Source: Candidatus Ozemobacteraceae bacterium
GTDB taxonomy: Bacteria; Muiribacteriota; Ozemobacteria; Ozemobacterales; Ozemobacteraceae
NCBI GenBank assembly: GCA_965140445.1
Contig: OZ223236.1
Coordinates: forward strand, 3,840,001 to 3,904,000
Reading direction: 5' to 3'
Length of the DNA stretch: 64,000 nucleotides
Shown: in pieces, positions 9,078 through 18,254 of the stretch
Numbering within the stretch: the first letter of the stretch is position 1
How the letters are laid out: each line of letters begins with the position of its first letter
Position numbers and translations under genes: made by a program
The notes under the pieces: model-generated
The model's database searches: none
What the model was told of the DNA's origin: nothing
What the model saw: the letters and a program-made list of their open reading frames with translations, nothing else

Positions 9078-10019
9078 ATGCAGATTACCGCTCAAATGGT
9101 TAAAGAATTACGCGAAAAAACTGGCGCTGGCATGATGAAATGCAAAGATGCCCTTAAAGATTGTAACGGAAACTTCGAAGAAGCTGTTGATTTTCTTCGC
9201 AAAAAAGGTCTCGCTTCTGCGGACAAACGCTCTGGAAGATCAACTTCAGAAGGTCTCGTAGTTCCATTGATATCTGACGACCGCAGAACTGCTGTTATGT
9301 TTGAACTCAATTGTGAAACAGACTTCGTTGCAAGAAATGAAGGCTTTATTGAATTCGCTAACAAACTAGCCAAAATGGTAATGGACAGCAATTCCATCAA
9401 CACAGTTGAAGAACTTGAAGCAGCAACCCTCGATGGCGACACCGTAGAAGCTGCAAGAAAGATCATCATCGCTAATATGGGCGAAAACATCACTATCGGA
9501 AGACTTGAAAAGCTTGCAATCGCAGATGGCAAGTTTGGTGCATTTGATTCTTACATCCATGATGGTGGAAGAATTGGTGTTCTTGTAAAAGTTACTGCCG
9601 AAACTGATGCAGCTGCTAAAAGCGAAGACACAATCAACTATGCTCATGAAGTAGCTCTCCAGGCTGCTGCTATGAAACCTCTTTACACTAATAACAGCGA
9701 AGTTCCAACTGAAACTCTCGCTCGTGAAAAAGATGTAATCATGGGTCAGATCAAAAACGATCCTAAGAATGCCAATAAACCTGAAGAAATCGTTAACAAG
9801 ATTGTTGAAGGCAGACTTAACAAATATTTCAAAGATATTTGTCTTATGGATCAGGCTTATGTAAAAGATGATTCCAAAACCATCAGATCTTTTGGCGAAG
9901 ACATTTCTAAAAAAGTTGGAGCCAAAGTTGAAGTTGAAACCTTCAGAAGATGGGGACTTGGTGAAGCACCTCAGGGTGAAGAAGCTCCCGCAGAAGCATC
10001 AGCAGAAGCCGCTGGTTAA
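9078..10019 (+). CDS. tsf: Elongation factor Ts
   Basis: VKELREKTGAGMMKCK and ELNCETDFVARN. ATG 9078 (AAGGTGG RBS) preferred over GTG 9069. Confidence 0.98.
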   Translation: MQITAQMVKELREKTGAGMMKCKDALKDCNGNFEEAVDFLRKKGLASADKRSGRSTSEGLVVPLISDDRRTAVMFELNCETDFVARNEGFIEFANKLAKMVMDSNSINTVEELEAATLDGDTVEAARKIIIANMGENITIGRLEKLAIADGKFGAFDSYIHDGGRIGVLVKVTAETDAAAKSEDTINYAHEVALQAAAMKPLYTNNSEVPTETLAREKDVIMGQIKNDPKNANKPEEIVNKIVEGRLNKYFKDICLMDQAYVKDDSKTIRSFGEDISKKVGAKVEVETFRRWGLGEAPQGEEAPAEASAEAAG

Positions 10020-10069
10020 TCAGGTGGTTCTGTGAAACCATCTCCGAAAAAACAAGTAATAGACAATTA

Positions 10070-10100
10070 GTAGAGACGCCCGATTTTCGGGCGTCTCTAC
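10070..10100. repeat. Perfect GTAG-bounded palindrome, REP-like element
   Basis: GTAGAGACGCCCGA-TTT-TCGGGCGTCTCTAC: 14-bp arms, no U-tract, in the tsf-pyrH gap. Confidence 0.65.
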
Positions 10101-10121
10101 GGCTGTCTGAAAGAAAGCAAA

Positions 10122-10853
10122 ATGACAGAAACAAATGTTAGTATCAAATTCAAACGACCGCTTCTTAAATTAAGTGGTGAAATGCTTGGTGGAAGCTCTG
10201 GGCAAGGGTTTGATCGAATTGTTCTAGAAAGATTTGCGCAAGAAGTAATTGAACTTGTAAAAGCTGGAATTGTCCCAGGAATAGTTATAGGTGGAGGAAA
10301 CTTCTTCAGAGGTGCAAGAACCTCATTACCAGCATTGAGAAGACACAAAGGCGACTCAATCGGAATGCTTGCAACTGTAATGAACGCAATTTGTTTTGCC
10401 GAACATCTGGAATCAGAAGGGGTAAAAACAAGTGTATTTTCCGCAGTTCCAATGCCCCCACTTTGTGATGGCTACCAGATAGATAAAGTTCAGGCAGCAT
10501 TTAACGAAGGTAAAGTCTGCCTCTTTTCATGCGGCACGGGAAATCCTTACTTCAGCACTGATTCAGCTGCTGCTTTGAGAGCAATAGAAAACGGATGCGA
10601 TGTTCTGATTAAAGGAACCAAAGTTGACGGAGTTTATGACTCCGATCCGGTAAAAAATCCAGATGCCAGAAAATTTGATTCCATTACTTTCCGCGAAGTT
10701 CTTAACAAAAAACTTGGTGTAATGGATCTGGTGGCTATAACTCTTTGCAGGGACAACAAAATGCCTTTAAAAGTTCTTTCTCTAAATGAGAAAGGCAATT
10801 TATATAAAGCCTGTGTTGGTGAAAACATAGGCACAAACGTGATTGAAAGCTAA
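10122..10853 (+). CDS. pyrH: UMP kinase
   Basis: LLKLSGE, VIGGGNFFRG, GTGNPYFSTD, KVDGVYD; follows tsf. Confidence 0.97.
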   Translation: MTETNVSIKFKRPLLKLSGEMLGGSSGQGFDRIVLERFAQEVIELVKAGIVPGIVIGGGNFFRGARTSLPALRRHKGDSIGMLATVMNAICFAEHLESEGVKTSVFSAVPMPPLCDGYQIDKVQAAFNEGKVCLFSCGTGNPYFSTDSAAALRAIENGCDVLIKGTKVDGVYDSDPVKNPDARKFDSITFREVLNKKLGVMDLVAITLCRDNKMPLKVLSLNEKGNLYKACVGENIGTNVIES

Positions 10854-10870
10854 CAGGAGGAATTAATTTC

Positions 10871-11431
10871 ATGTCTGTTGAAAACGTATACAAAGACGCT
10901 CAAAACAAAATGACCCAATCGGTTGAAGTATTAAAAAAAGAATATTCTACAATGAGGACATCCCGGGCAACTCCTTCGCTTCTCAGTAGAATAACTGTTC
11001 TCCAATACGGACAGGAAACTCCACTGCAACATGTGGCATCAGTTTCAGCTCCAGACCCAAAAATGCTCGTTATCCAGCCCTGGGACAAAACATTGCTTGG
11101 TGAAATTGAAAAAGCCATTCAAAAATCTGACCTTGGTCTCAACCCACAAAACGATGGCAATTTTATCAGACTCCCAATTCCACCGCTCACCGAAGAACGA
11201 AGAAATGACCTTGTAAAACAAGCCAAGAAAAAAGCTGAAGATTACAGAGTCGCGGTAAGAAACGTTCGCAGAGATGCAAATGACACCTTAAAAGCTCTTG
11301 AGAAAAAAGGTGAAATTACTCAAGATGACATCAAAAAAGGCCTGGAAAGAATTCAGAAATTGACTGATGAATATGTTGAACAAATCAATAAGGTTCTTGA
11401 GTCAAAAGAAAACGAAATCTCTGGTCGTTAG
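10871..11431 (+). CDS. frr: Ribosome recycling factor
   Basis: RTSRATP, IQPWD, SDLGLNPQNDG, PPLTEERR, VRNVRRDAN. Confidence 0.98.
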   Translation: MSVENVYKDAQNKMTQSVEVLKKEYSTMRTSRATPSLLSRITVLQYGQETPLQHVASVSAPDPKMLVIQPWDKTLLGEIEKAIQKSDLGLNPQNDGNFIRLPIPPLTEERRNDLVKQAKKKAEDYRVAVRNVRRDANDTLKALEKKGEITQDDIKKGLERIQKLTDEYVEQINKVLESKENEISGR

Positions 11432-11447
11432 TTTCAGGAAGTAATAT

Positions 11448-11624
11448 ATGTACAGAATTACAGAAGAATGTGTATCATGTGGAACCTGTCATCCTCTGTG
11501 CCCATCAAAAGCCATCAAAATTGGCTTTCCGTATGTTATTACCAGCAAATGTGTCAGCTGCGGTAAATGCGCTGAGGTTTGTCCTGTCGATGCAATCGTT
11601 AAGGTTGAAGAAGAAATAAAATAG
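11448..11624 (+). CDS. 2x[4Fe-4S] ferredoxin, 58 aa (not in the ORF track)
   Basis: MYRITEECVSCGTCHPLCPSKAIKIGFPYVITSKCVSCGKCAEVCPVDAIVKVEEEIK*: two CxxCxxCxxxCP motifs, AGGA RBS. Confidence 0.93.
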   Translation: MYRITEECVSCGTCHPLCPSKAIKIGFPYVITSKCVSCGKCAEVCPVDAIVKVEEEIK

Positions 11625-11639
11625 TATTTTTTATAGATT

Positions 11640-11672
11640 CCGGAGCTGAACAGTATTTCTGGGCAGCTCCGG
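11640..11672. other. GC-rich hairpin between the ferredoxin gene and uppS
   Basis: ccggagctg / cagctccgg arms. No clear U-tract on the + strand, so the function is uncertain. Confidence 0.45.
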
Positions 11673-11696
11673 CACTATAGAAAGTTTAGAGTAAAC

Positions 11697-12455
11697 ATGA
11701 CAAAAAACCGTGCCGAATTGAAAGAAAAGCTTCTCAAAGAACTGGACTTTGACAATATTCCCGCCCACATTGGAATTATCATGGACGGAAATGGCCGATG
11801 GGCCAAGTCCAAAGGAAAAACCAGAATACATGGACATCAGGAAGGCGCGAGACGCGTAAAATCTGTTGTCAGATTTGCAGATGACATTGGCGTAAAACAC
11901 ATAAGCCTTTATGCTTTCTCTGTTGAAAACTGGGCTCGCCCAAGTTTTGAAGTTTCTGCTTTAATGAGATTGATAAAAGCTTATATTGTCAGAGAACGCG
12001 AAGAGCTTCATTCAGAAGGCGTTAGATTCAGAATGATTGGAAGGCGCTCAGACCTTGCGCCTGAAATTATTAAAGAAGCTGAAATTTCTACCCGTTTGAT
12101 GGAAAACAACCCGGGACTTTCGCTTAACCTTTGTATCAATTACGGCGGTAGGGCTGAAGTTGTAGATGCTGTTAAAGAAATAGTTGTCAAAGGAATTCCA
12201 GCTGAAGATATTACCGAAGAACTTATACAGAAACACCTTTATCAACCAGATCTTCCCGACGTGGATCTGGTCGTGAGAACCAGTGGAGAAATGCGCACCA
12301 GCAACTTCCATTTATGGCGAGCTGCTTATGCAGAGTTATATTTCACCCCAATTCTCTGGCCTGAGTTTGATGAAGTTGAACTTTTAAACGCCATACTTTG
12401 GTATCAAAATAGAGAAAGGCGCTTTGGTTTGATAAGCGAGCAGATAAAATCTTGA
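11697..12455 (+). CDS. uppS: Undecaprenyl/polyprenyl diphosphate synthase
   Basis: HIGIIMDGNGRWA, YAFSVENWARP, NYGGR, RTSGEMRTSNF. Confidence 0.96.
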   Translation: MTKNRAELKEKLLKELDFDNIPAHIGIIMDGNGRWAKSKGKTRIHGHQEGARRVKSVVRFADDIGVKHISLYAFSVENWARPSFEVSALMRLIKAYIVREREELHSEGVRFRMIGRRSDLAPEIIKEAEISTRLMENNPGLSLNLCINYGGRAEVVDAVKEIVVKGIPAEDITEELIQKHLYQPDLPDVDLVVRTSGEMRTSNFHLWRAAYAELYFTPILWPEFDEVELLNAILWYQNRERRFGLISEQIKS

Positions 12456-13240
12456 AAAAGCTATTAGCACGAATCCCGGTTATATTAATAGGTATTCCAG
12501 CAGTTTATGGAATTCTTGTAGCTGCAGGTGAAATACCCAGATTAATTTTCTTTATTATTATTTCGTTAATAGGGCAATTTGAACTAATTTCTATCCTTTC
12601 ACCAGAAAAGTCATATAAACCTTTCCTGGAATGGATTGCAGGAATAGCAATTCTTGTTTCAACTCACTTTTTTTCAGCCCAGGGTTTACTCATATCCTTT
12701 GCGATCTCTATTACTGCAATAATGATTTTAACAGTCCTGCGAGGACTTCAGGGCGATGGAACCAGAAGGTTTTCAAATGCAATTTTCAGCATTTTCTATC
12801 TTCCATTTTGCCTTTCTTTTTTCCTGATGATTGGAATGAAAAGCGGAGGCCTGCTTCTCTTTTCAATACTAGCATCAATTTGGGCATTAGACATAGGTGC
12901 ATATGTCTTTGGAATGAGCATTAGAGGACCAAAATTTGCTCCAAAAATTAGTCCAAATAAAACTATTTCCGGCGCAATCGGAGGAATGATATCTACTTTG
13001 GTATTTTTCTTTCTTCTCCACAAATATGGACTTTTAAAAATAGAAGCCCAGAAACTAATCCTGATCGCCCTATCTGTATCAACTGTTGGACAGATAGCTG
13101 ATCTTTTCGAGTCTGTCTTGAAGCGGGAAAGCGATGTAAAGGATTCCGGTGGCCTCCTTGGTGCTCACGGAGGAATTCTTGATCGTATTGACAGTGTTCT
13201 ATTTCTAGGCCCGATATGCTATTCTTTATTAACTTACTAA
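12452..13240 (+). CDS. cdsA: Phosphatidate cytidylyltransferase
   Basis: ISPNKT, DLFESVLKRESDVKDSGGLLGAHGGILDRIDS; 4-nt overlap with uppS. Confidence 0.94.
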   Translation: MKKLLARIPVILIGIPAVYGILVAAGEIPRLIFFIIISLIGQFELISILSPEKSYKPFLEWIAGIAILVSTHFFSAQGLLISFAISITAIMILTVLRGLQGDGTRRFSNAIFSIFYLPFCLSFFLMIGMKSGGLLLFSILASIWALDIGAYVFGMSIRGPKFAPKISPNKTISGAIGGMISTLVFFFLLHKYGLLKIEAQKLILIALSVSTVGQIADLFESVLKRESDVKDSGGLLGAHGGILDRIDSVLFLGPICYSLLTY

Positions 13241-13259
13241 GTCTCTGAAAGGTTTGCCG

Positions 13260-14468
13260 ATGTTAGCTCTTTTGTTTACCGTAGTAAAAACCATTTTATC
13301 AATAAGTTTCGTTCTTGTCAGTATTGCTCTGGTCCATGAATTTGGCCACTATATAACTGCAAAGTTGACTGGAATCTGGGTTCTTGAATTCGCAATTGGA
13401 TTTGGCAACCGCGTCATTAAAAAGAGATGGGGTGAAACTCTTTATTCTCTAAGGCCTTTCCCACTTGGTGGATTTGTAAGGCTCGCGGGAATGGACAACA
13501 CCGACGAATCTGAAGAAGGCGAAGAGCCAGAAGTAGATGAAGAGCTTCCAGTTGTTGAGCCTGACCATCCAAAAAGTTATGTGACCAAACCGCGATGGGT
13601 TAAAATGCTGGTTCTTGCTGCTGGTTCAGTAATGAATCTGGTATGGGCAATTGCTCTATTTATAATTATCTATGCCGTTTCTGGCGGTCCAATTACCAAC
13701 ATTGCAGTTCTGGATGCCATGAAAGGCAAACCTGCATATGAAGCTGGAATCAGAGCAGGAGATATTATTACTGCTATAGATGGTAAAAAGCTCTCCGATT
13801 GGACAGATGGAATTAAAACCATTAACAATTCAGCAGGAAAACAACTCAAGCTTTCAGTTGCCAGAAATCACCCTATTCCAAAAGCTGCCACAGGCGGAGC
13901 AATTATGCAAAACGATGTCGCAGTTAATAAGGGCACATATGAAATCCATGATCAGGAAATTCTTGACCTGACTGTTGTTCCAGAAGGTGAAATGGGTTCG
14001 GCCAAAATAGGCATAAGTCTGGCTCCCAACAATTACGACTTCCAGGTTCTTCCTTTTACCAAAGCTGTTGAGAAAGGTGTCAGCGATGGTTTAGGCGTCA
14101 TTGCCCAGACAATAACAGGCCTCTATAAAATGCTAACAAGACAGACTCAGGCTGATGTAGCCGGGCCTGTAAAAATAATGAAAATGATCAAAGATCAATC
14201 ATCCAAAGGTATCTTCGATCTACTTTATCTGACGGCAATATTATCTGTAAATATTGGCCTGATTAATCTACTGCCACTACCAGTTCTGGATGGTGGAAGA
14301 ATTGTATTTGTAATGCTTGAAGCAATATTTGCAGTTCTAAACGGATTAACAGGACTAAAACTTCAGGTTACCCAGAAAGTAGAAGAAAATATTCATTTTG
14401 TCGGTATGCTGTGCCTGCTCACACTACTTGTTTTTGTAACTTACAAAGACATTATGAGTTTTTTCTAA
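13260..14468 (+). CDS. rseP: RIP metalloprotease (M50, PDZ domain)
   Basis: HEFGH, PLGGFVRLAG, PDZ (PAYEAGIRAGDIITAIDG), NLLPLPVLDGG. ATG 13260 chosen from RBS spacing; TTG 13254 is the alternative. Confidence 0.93.
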   Translation: MLALLFTVVKTILSISFVLVSIALVHEFGHYITAKLTGIWVLEFAIGFGNRVIKKRWGETLYSLRPFPLGGFVRLAGMDNTDESEEGEEPEVDEELPVVEPDHPKSYVTKPRWVKMLVLAAGSVMNLVWAIALFIIIYAVSGGPITNIAVLDAMKGKPAYEAGIRAGDIITAIDGKKLSDWTDGIKTINNSAGKQLKLSVARNHPIPKAATGGAIMQNDVAVNKGTYEIHDQEILDLTVVPEGEMGSAKIGISLAPNNYDFQVLPFTKAVEKGVSDGLGVIAQTITGLYKMLTRQTQADVAGPVKIMKMIKDQSSKGIFDLLYLTAILSVNIGLINLLPLPVLDGGRIVFVMLEAIFAVLNGLTGLKLQVTQKVEENIHFVGMLCLLTLLVFVTYKDIMSFF

Positions 14469-14480
14469 ACTGATTTTTTT

Positions 14481-15323
14481 ATGAGTCAACAGGAATCCCC
14501 CAAAAAAAGTTCTTTTTGGGGGATTCTTTCTTTTCTCTCGATTTCAGCAGGAATTTCCTGCATGATTCTTTCCCAAATCCATGTTGCTTTTCTTTTCCCT
14601 GCCTTCATATTTATCCTTGCTAGATTCGGAATAGCTTCAATGGAAAAAGGCCTGATAATGGAGCTGATAAACATTGCCAAACTGGGGGGCTCAATTTTTG
14701 TTGCATTTAGATTTAGTGAAGACGTTGGACATTTTCTTGGTTTAAAAGGCGTTTTAGCCTCTCTTTCTGGGTTTTATCCAGGATTTTTTGTTACCTATCT
14801 GGTATCTGGATTAGTAATAAAACTAGTATTTAATACTAAAAAGCGCCCTACCTCGATCTCTAGATACGCTGGCTTTTGTTTTGGAATTCTTGAAGGTTGC
14901 ATCTTTTTCTACATACTTTTGAGCATGTCACTTATGATCCCTGGGAATCCCTTGAATTCCTCTGCACCAAAATTTTCAGAAAAGCTTACAGAACTGACAT
15001 CTGAGATTGTTTCTCCACTCCTTCCTGCTTCCTCCACCGGAACAATAGAGTTTATAAAGCTTGCATCTGAAATGCGCAATGGAGTCGATCCTAAAAAAGT
15101 CGACAGGGATTTACTCAGACAAAGTTTAGAACCAATTTCTCAACTTCCAGAGCTACAAAATATAACCTCTGATCAAAATCTAATGGGTATGGCGCAAAAA
15201 AAAGATATAAAAGGCCTAATTAGTCACCCAAAGGTAAAACAACTGCTTGAGAGCCCTGAATTTCAAAAAAAGCTAAAAAGCATTAACTGGGTTCAACTTA
15301 GAAAAGCTTTAAAACCCAATTAA
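14481..15323 (+). CDS. CvpA-like membrane protein with a soluble C-terminal extension
   Basis: Several TM segments; KGLIMELI and SRYAGFCFGILEG resemble CvpA motifs. Confidence 0.55.
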   Translation: MSQQESPKKSSFWGILSFLSISAGISCMILSQIHVAFLFPAFIFILARFGIASMEKGLIMELINIAKLGGSIFVAFRFSEDVGHFLGLKGVLASLSGFYPGFFVTYLVSGLVIKLVFNTKKRPTSISRYAGFCFGILEGCIFFYILLSMSLMIPGNPLNSSAPKFSEKLTELTSEIVSPLLPASSTGTIEFIKLASEMRNGVDPKKVDRDLLRQSLEPISQLPELQNITSDQNLMGMAQKKDIKGLISHPKVKQLLESPEFQKKLKSINWVQLRKALKPN

Positions 15324-16084
15324 CTTCCCTGTTCAAATTGCACCGCTTTGGTAAATGGAATTTCAACCCCACCAATTTTTATGCGAAAATCCGCCGTTCC
15401 ATTCACTTTCATTACCCCTTTAAGGTCATTGGTTATTTTTTTATTTTTCCCCTGTAAACGCCCCAACAAGCCTTGAAGCAATCCAGATGCGTTTTCTTTA
15501 ACCGCTTTTTGTAAACCACGCCGAGCCATAATGGAATCTACATGAAAACGAATAGGTAATCTCGCCCGGTTCATGGTTGGAATTACAGTTCGGGGGCTAA
15601 TTTGAACGCCTTTGGCAATAGTATATCCGCTAAGATTTACGTTGTAATTCAGATTTGTGAGAATAATTCCAAAAGGAAGATCATTCTTAATATCTATGGT
15701 AAATCTCGCTTTTGTAATTTTATCGGTAAGGCTGGATGAATCAAGAGAAGCTGTAACCAGTCTCATTGAAACTCTTTCGGAGGCAAGCCCCATAAAAAAA
15801 TCCAGCCTGGAAAAAACATACATTATCCCTATGGTCAGAGTCACAACCAGAATAGTTAAGACAATTGCAAAAGCCTTAAAAAGACGCTTGCTTTTGTTTA
15901 TAACTGGCTTGGCAACACTGGCTTTTCTTGAATCTGATTTTCCAGTTTTCTTTTTGCTTCCGCCTGATGATTTTTCTGCTGCGGCCGCCTTCGCTGCTGC
16001 CCTTCTATCATCTCTATTTCGACGATCATCTCGACGCCGGTCAGCACTGCGTCTACCGGCCTCATTTCTTCTATCAGCGTTCAT
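15320..16084 (-). CDS. LEA_2/WHy-like domain membrane-anchored protein
   Basis: Arg/Asp-rich N-terminus, one TM, then beta-rich IDIKNDLPFGIILTNLNYNVNLSGYTIAKG...IPF. Confidence 0.6.
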   Translation of the reverse strand: MNADRRNEAGRRSADRRRDDRRNRDDRRAAAKAAAAEKSSGGSKKKTGKSDSRKASVAKPVINKSKRLFKAFAIVLTILVVTLTIGIMYVFSRLDFFMGLASERVSMRLVTASLDSSSLTDKITKARFTIDIKNDLPFGIILTNLNYNVNLSGYTIAKGVQISPRTVIPTMNRARLPIRFHVDSIMARRGLQKAVKENASGLLQGLLGRLQGKNKKITNDLKGVMKVNGTADFRIKIGGVEIPFTKAVQFEQGS

Positions 16085-16234
16085 TTTTTTCCAACCCTAT
16101 AACCTTTTTCAGCGATATCGGAACAAATCCATGGAATTTTAGTACTAAATTGCAAGTAAAGCCAATATATTTTTGGCTAAAACAACAAATCATTATATTA
16201 TTAATATAAAGAAACAAAAAAGAGTGGAAAAAAT

Positions 16235-17563
16235 ATGAACGAAAATACTGCGAATAATGAAGTGGGAGAGCCTAACAATTCAGATGTCTATCTTGCTTAT
16301 TCAAATTCATTTAAGCGCTTTCTAAAAAGCTGCGAATTTTTCTTTTTTCTTTTCCCGTTAATTTTAATTCTTTTCAACTTCTTTAATCCTTTATTTGGAT
16401 TTAGCACTACCATTCCTTCCAGATTCATAAAAATACTGTTTCTGATAATCTCAGTATTATCAGGATTAATACTAAGCCTTATAACTGAGAGATACATTTC
16501 TGTATGCAAATTTGAATTTGAAAAAAATCAAATCAGCCATATAACCTATATTGATATTTTTGGATTCAAATTCAAATACGCAGAAAAAGTTTTTTTTAAA
16601 GACCTAAAGGCAATTAAATGCGTTGCTGCTTCAGTAAAAAGTCAAAATTGGTTTGATAAGTACATTTTATTTGCTCCCCCAAAATATGGGATTGTTATTG
16701 AAACCAAAGATTCAGCAAGATTTATTGGTGATCATGCTTTTGAACTTAAAGAAGCCGAGCAAATCGCCGAAAAAATTTCCACCGCGCTTTATTGCAAACT
16801 CTTTCCTTCTGCACCTAATGTTGAAGCCATATACGATAGAACTTCAATGCAATTGATTCCAAAATTTTCTAAACCGGAATGGAAATTTTCAGCTTCAAAA
16901 ATCTTTCAGACCCTCTGGACAAATGTAACAAGCTTTTTAATCTCCTTTATCTGCTATATTTCACTCCTTACGTTTCTATGCGGATTCCTGGCTTACACAT
17001 GGCAAACGGATCTTATGCTCACTCACCAGCCTGGACTGGTTCAGCTCATAAAGCTTATACCCCAGGGAATTTACAACATCCCAAATAGAATAGCGAAGCG
17101 TATGGCTCCAGAATTAGCTAAACCAACCTCCCAGGATCCAGTAATAATAGCCGGGAGAGGAATCAGCAGAATTGTTTCCCTCTGGGAAGAAAAAAGCATA
17201 GTAATAGAAAAAATAGGTTCTCCAGCAAGAATCTCTGAGGAGCCTAATCACACGACTTTTTACTACGAGTCTCTGGAAATTCAATTTGATAATAAAACTA
17301 ACAGAGTCAGCGGAATAATGATTAAGTATCCCGGCAACAATCTCAATGCCAGAACTCCCGAAGGGTTGAAAATTGGCTCTCCCATTTCCCGGGTAATGCT
17401 TGAAATTGGTCCACCTGACCAGATTTCGGCCAGCGGGGATCTTCTCTATTCATCCAGAGGCATCAGCTTTTTTTCGGATAACCCAAGCCCAGAAATGATA
17501 ACAGGGATATTCATTTACTTACCAGACTCAGCAACTGCTTCAAAAACTAATAAACTGAAATGA
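16235..17563 (+). CDS. Hypothetical membrane protein, paralog of 18255-20357
   Basis: 442-aa ORF with TM segments; C-terminal TPEGLKIGSP domain shared with the paralog. Confidence 0.75.
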   Translation: MNENTANNEVGEPNNSDVYLAYSNSFKRFLKSCEFFFFLFPLILILFNFFNPLFGFSTTIPSRFIKILFLIISVLSGLILSLITERYISVCKFEFEKNQISHITYIDIFGFKFKYAEKVFFKDLKAIKCVAASVKSQNWFDKYILFAPPKYGIVIETKDSARFIGDHAFELKEAEQIAEKISTALYCKLFPSAPNVEAIYDRTSMQLIPKFSKPEWKFSASKIFQTLWTNVTSFLISFICYISLLTFLCGFLAYTWQTDLMLTHQPGLVQLIKLIPQGIYNIPNRIAKRMAPELAKPTSQDPVIIAGRGISRIVSLWEEKSIVIEKIGSPARISEEPNHTTFYYESLEIQFDNKTNRVSGIMIKYPGNNLNARTPEGLKIGSPISRVMLEIGPPDQISASGDLLYSSRGISFFSDNPSPEMITGIFIYLPDSATASKTNKLK

Positions 17564-18186
17564 AGATTGCTACAGTATTTCTTAACGGATCAGAAAAATT
17601 TGAAGATTTTGAGCATCTTGGAATAAATGTTTCAGAATCAGATATTTTTTGTGCGGATGGAGGAGCTAATTTAGCCAGGAAAAACAATTTGTGCCCAAAG
17701 TTAATTCTCGGTGATATGGATTCTATTTCGAGTCATACCAGAGAGTTTTTCGCAGACAAATGCAAGTTTGAGCTTTTTCCAAAAAACAAGGATAAATCAG
17801 ACGGAGAACTAATATTGGAAAGGGTCTACAACCTGAATTACAGCGAAATTTTTATATTTAATGCTACTGGTGGCAGACTTGACCAGACATTTTTAAATCT
17901 AACTTTTCTTGAGTACTACCCCAATGCCAGGATTATAACTGAAAAAGAGACAGTTTTTCCTATATCGCAGGAATTGGTGATCAAGAATAAAATTGGCTGT
18001 GGTTTTTCCTTAGTTGCTGTTTCGAAAGAGATTGAACTAATTTCTCTTTCCGGCTTCAAATTCTGTGCAAATAGCGTTAAAATATCCAGAGGGAGCTCTT
18101 TAACTTCAAGCAATAAAATTACTGATAAAATCGCCTCAATAAGAATGAAAAGCGGCTTTGCATTGGCATTTGTTACCCACTCATAA
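17560..18186 (+). CDS. thiN: Thiamine diphosphokinase
   Basis: CADGGAN, GDMDS, KDKSDGE, ATGGRLD, SLSGFKF. Confidence 0.9.
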   Translation: MKIATVFLNGSEKFEDFEHLGINVSESDIFCADGGANLARKNNLCPKLILGDMDSISSHTREFFADKCKFELFPKNKDKSDGELILERVYNLNYSEIFIFNATGGRLDQTFLNLTFLEYYPNARIITEKETVFPISQELVIKNKIGCGFSLVAVSKEIELISLSGFKFCANSVKISRGSSLTSSNKITDKIASIRMKSGFALAFVTHS

Positions 18187-18254
18187 ATAATAGTTAATAA
18201 TCTAACAACTTCGCCCGATTACAACTTTACAAAAGCTATTCAGGAGAGCATAAA

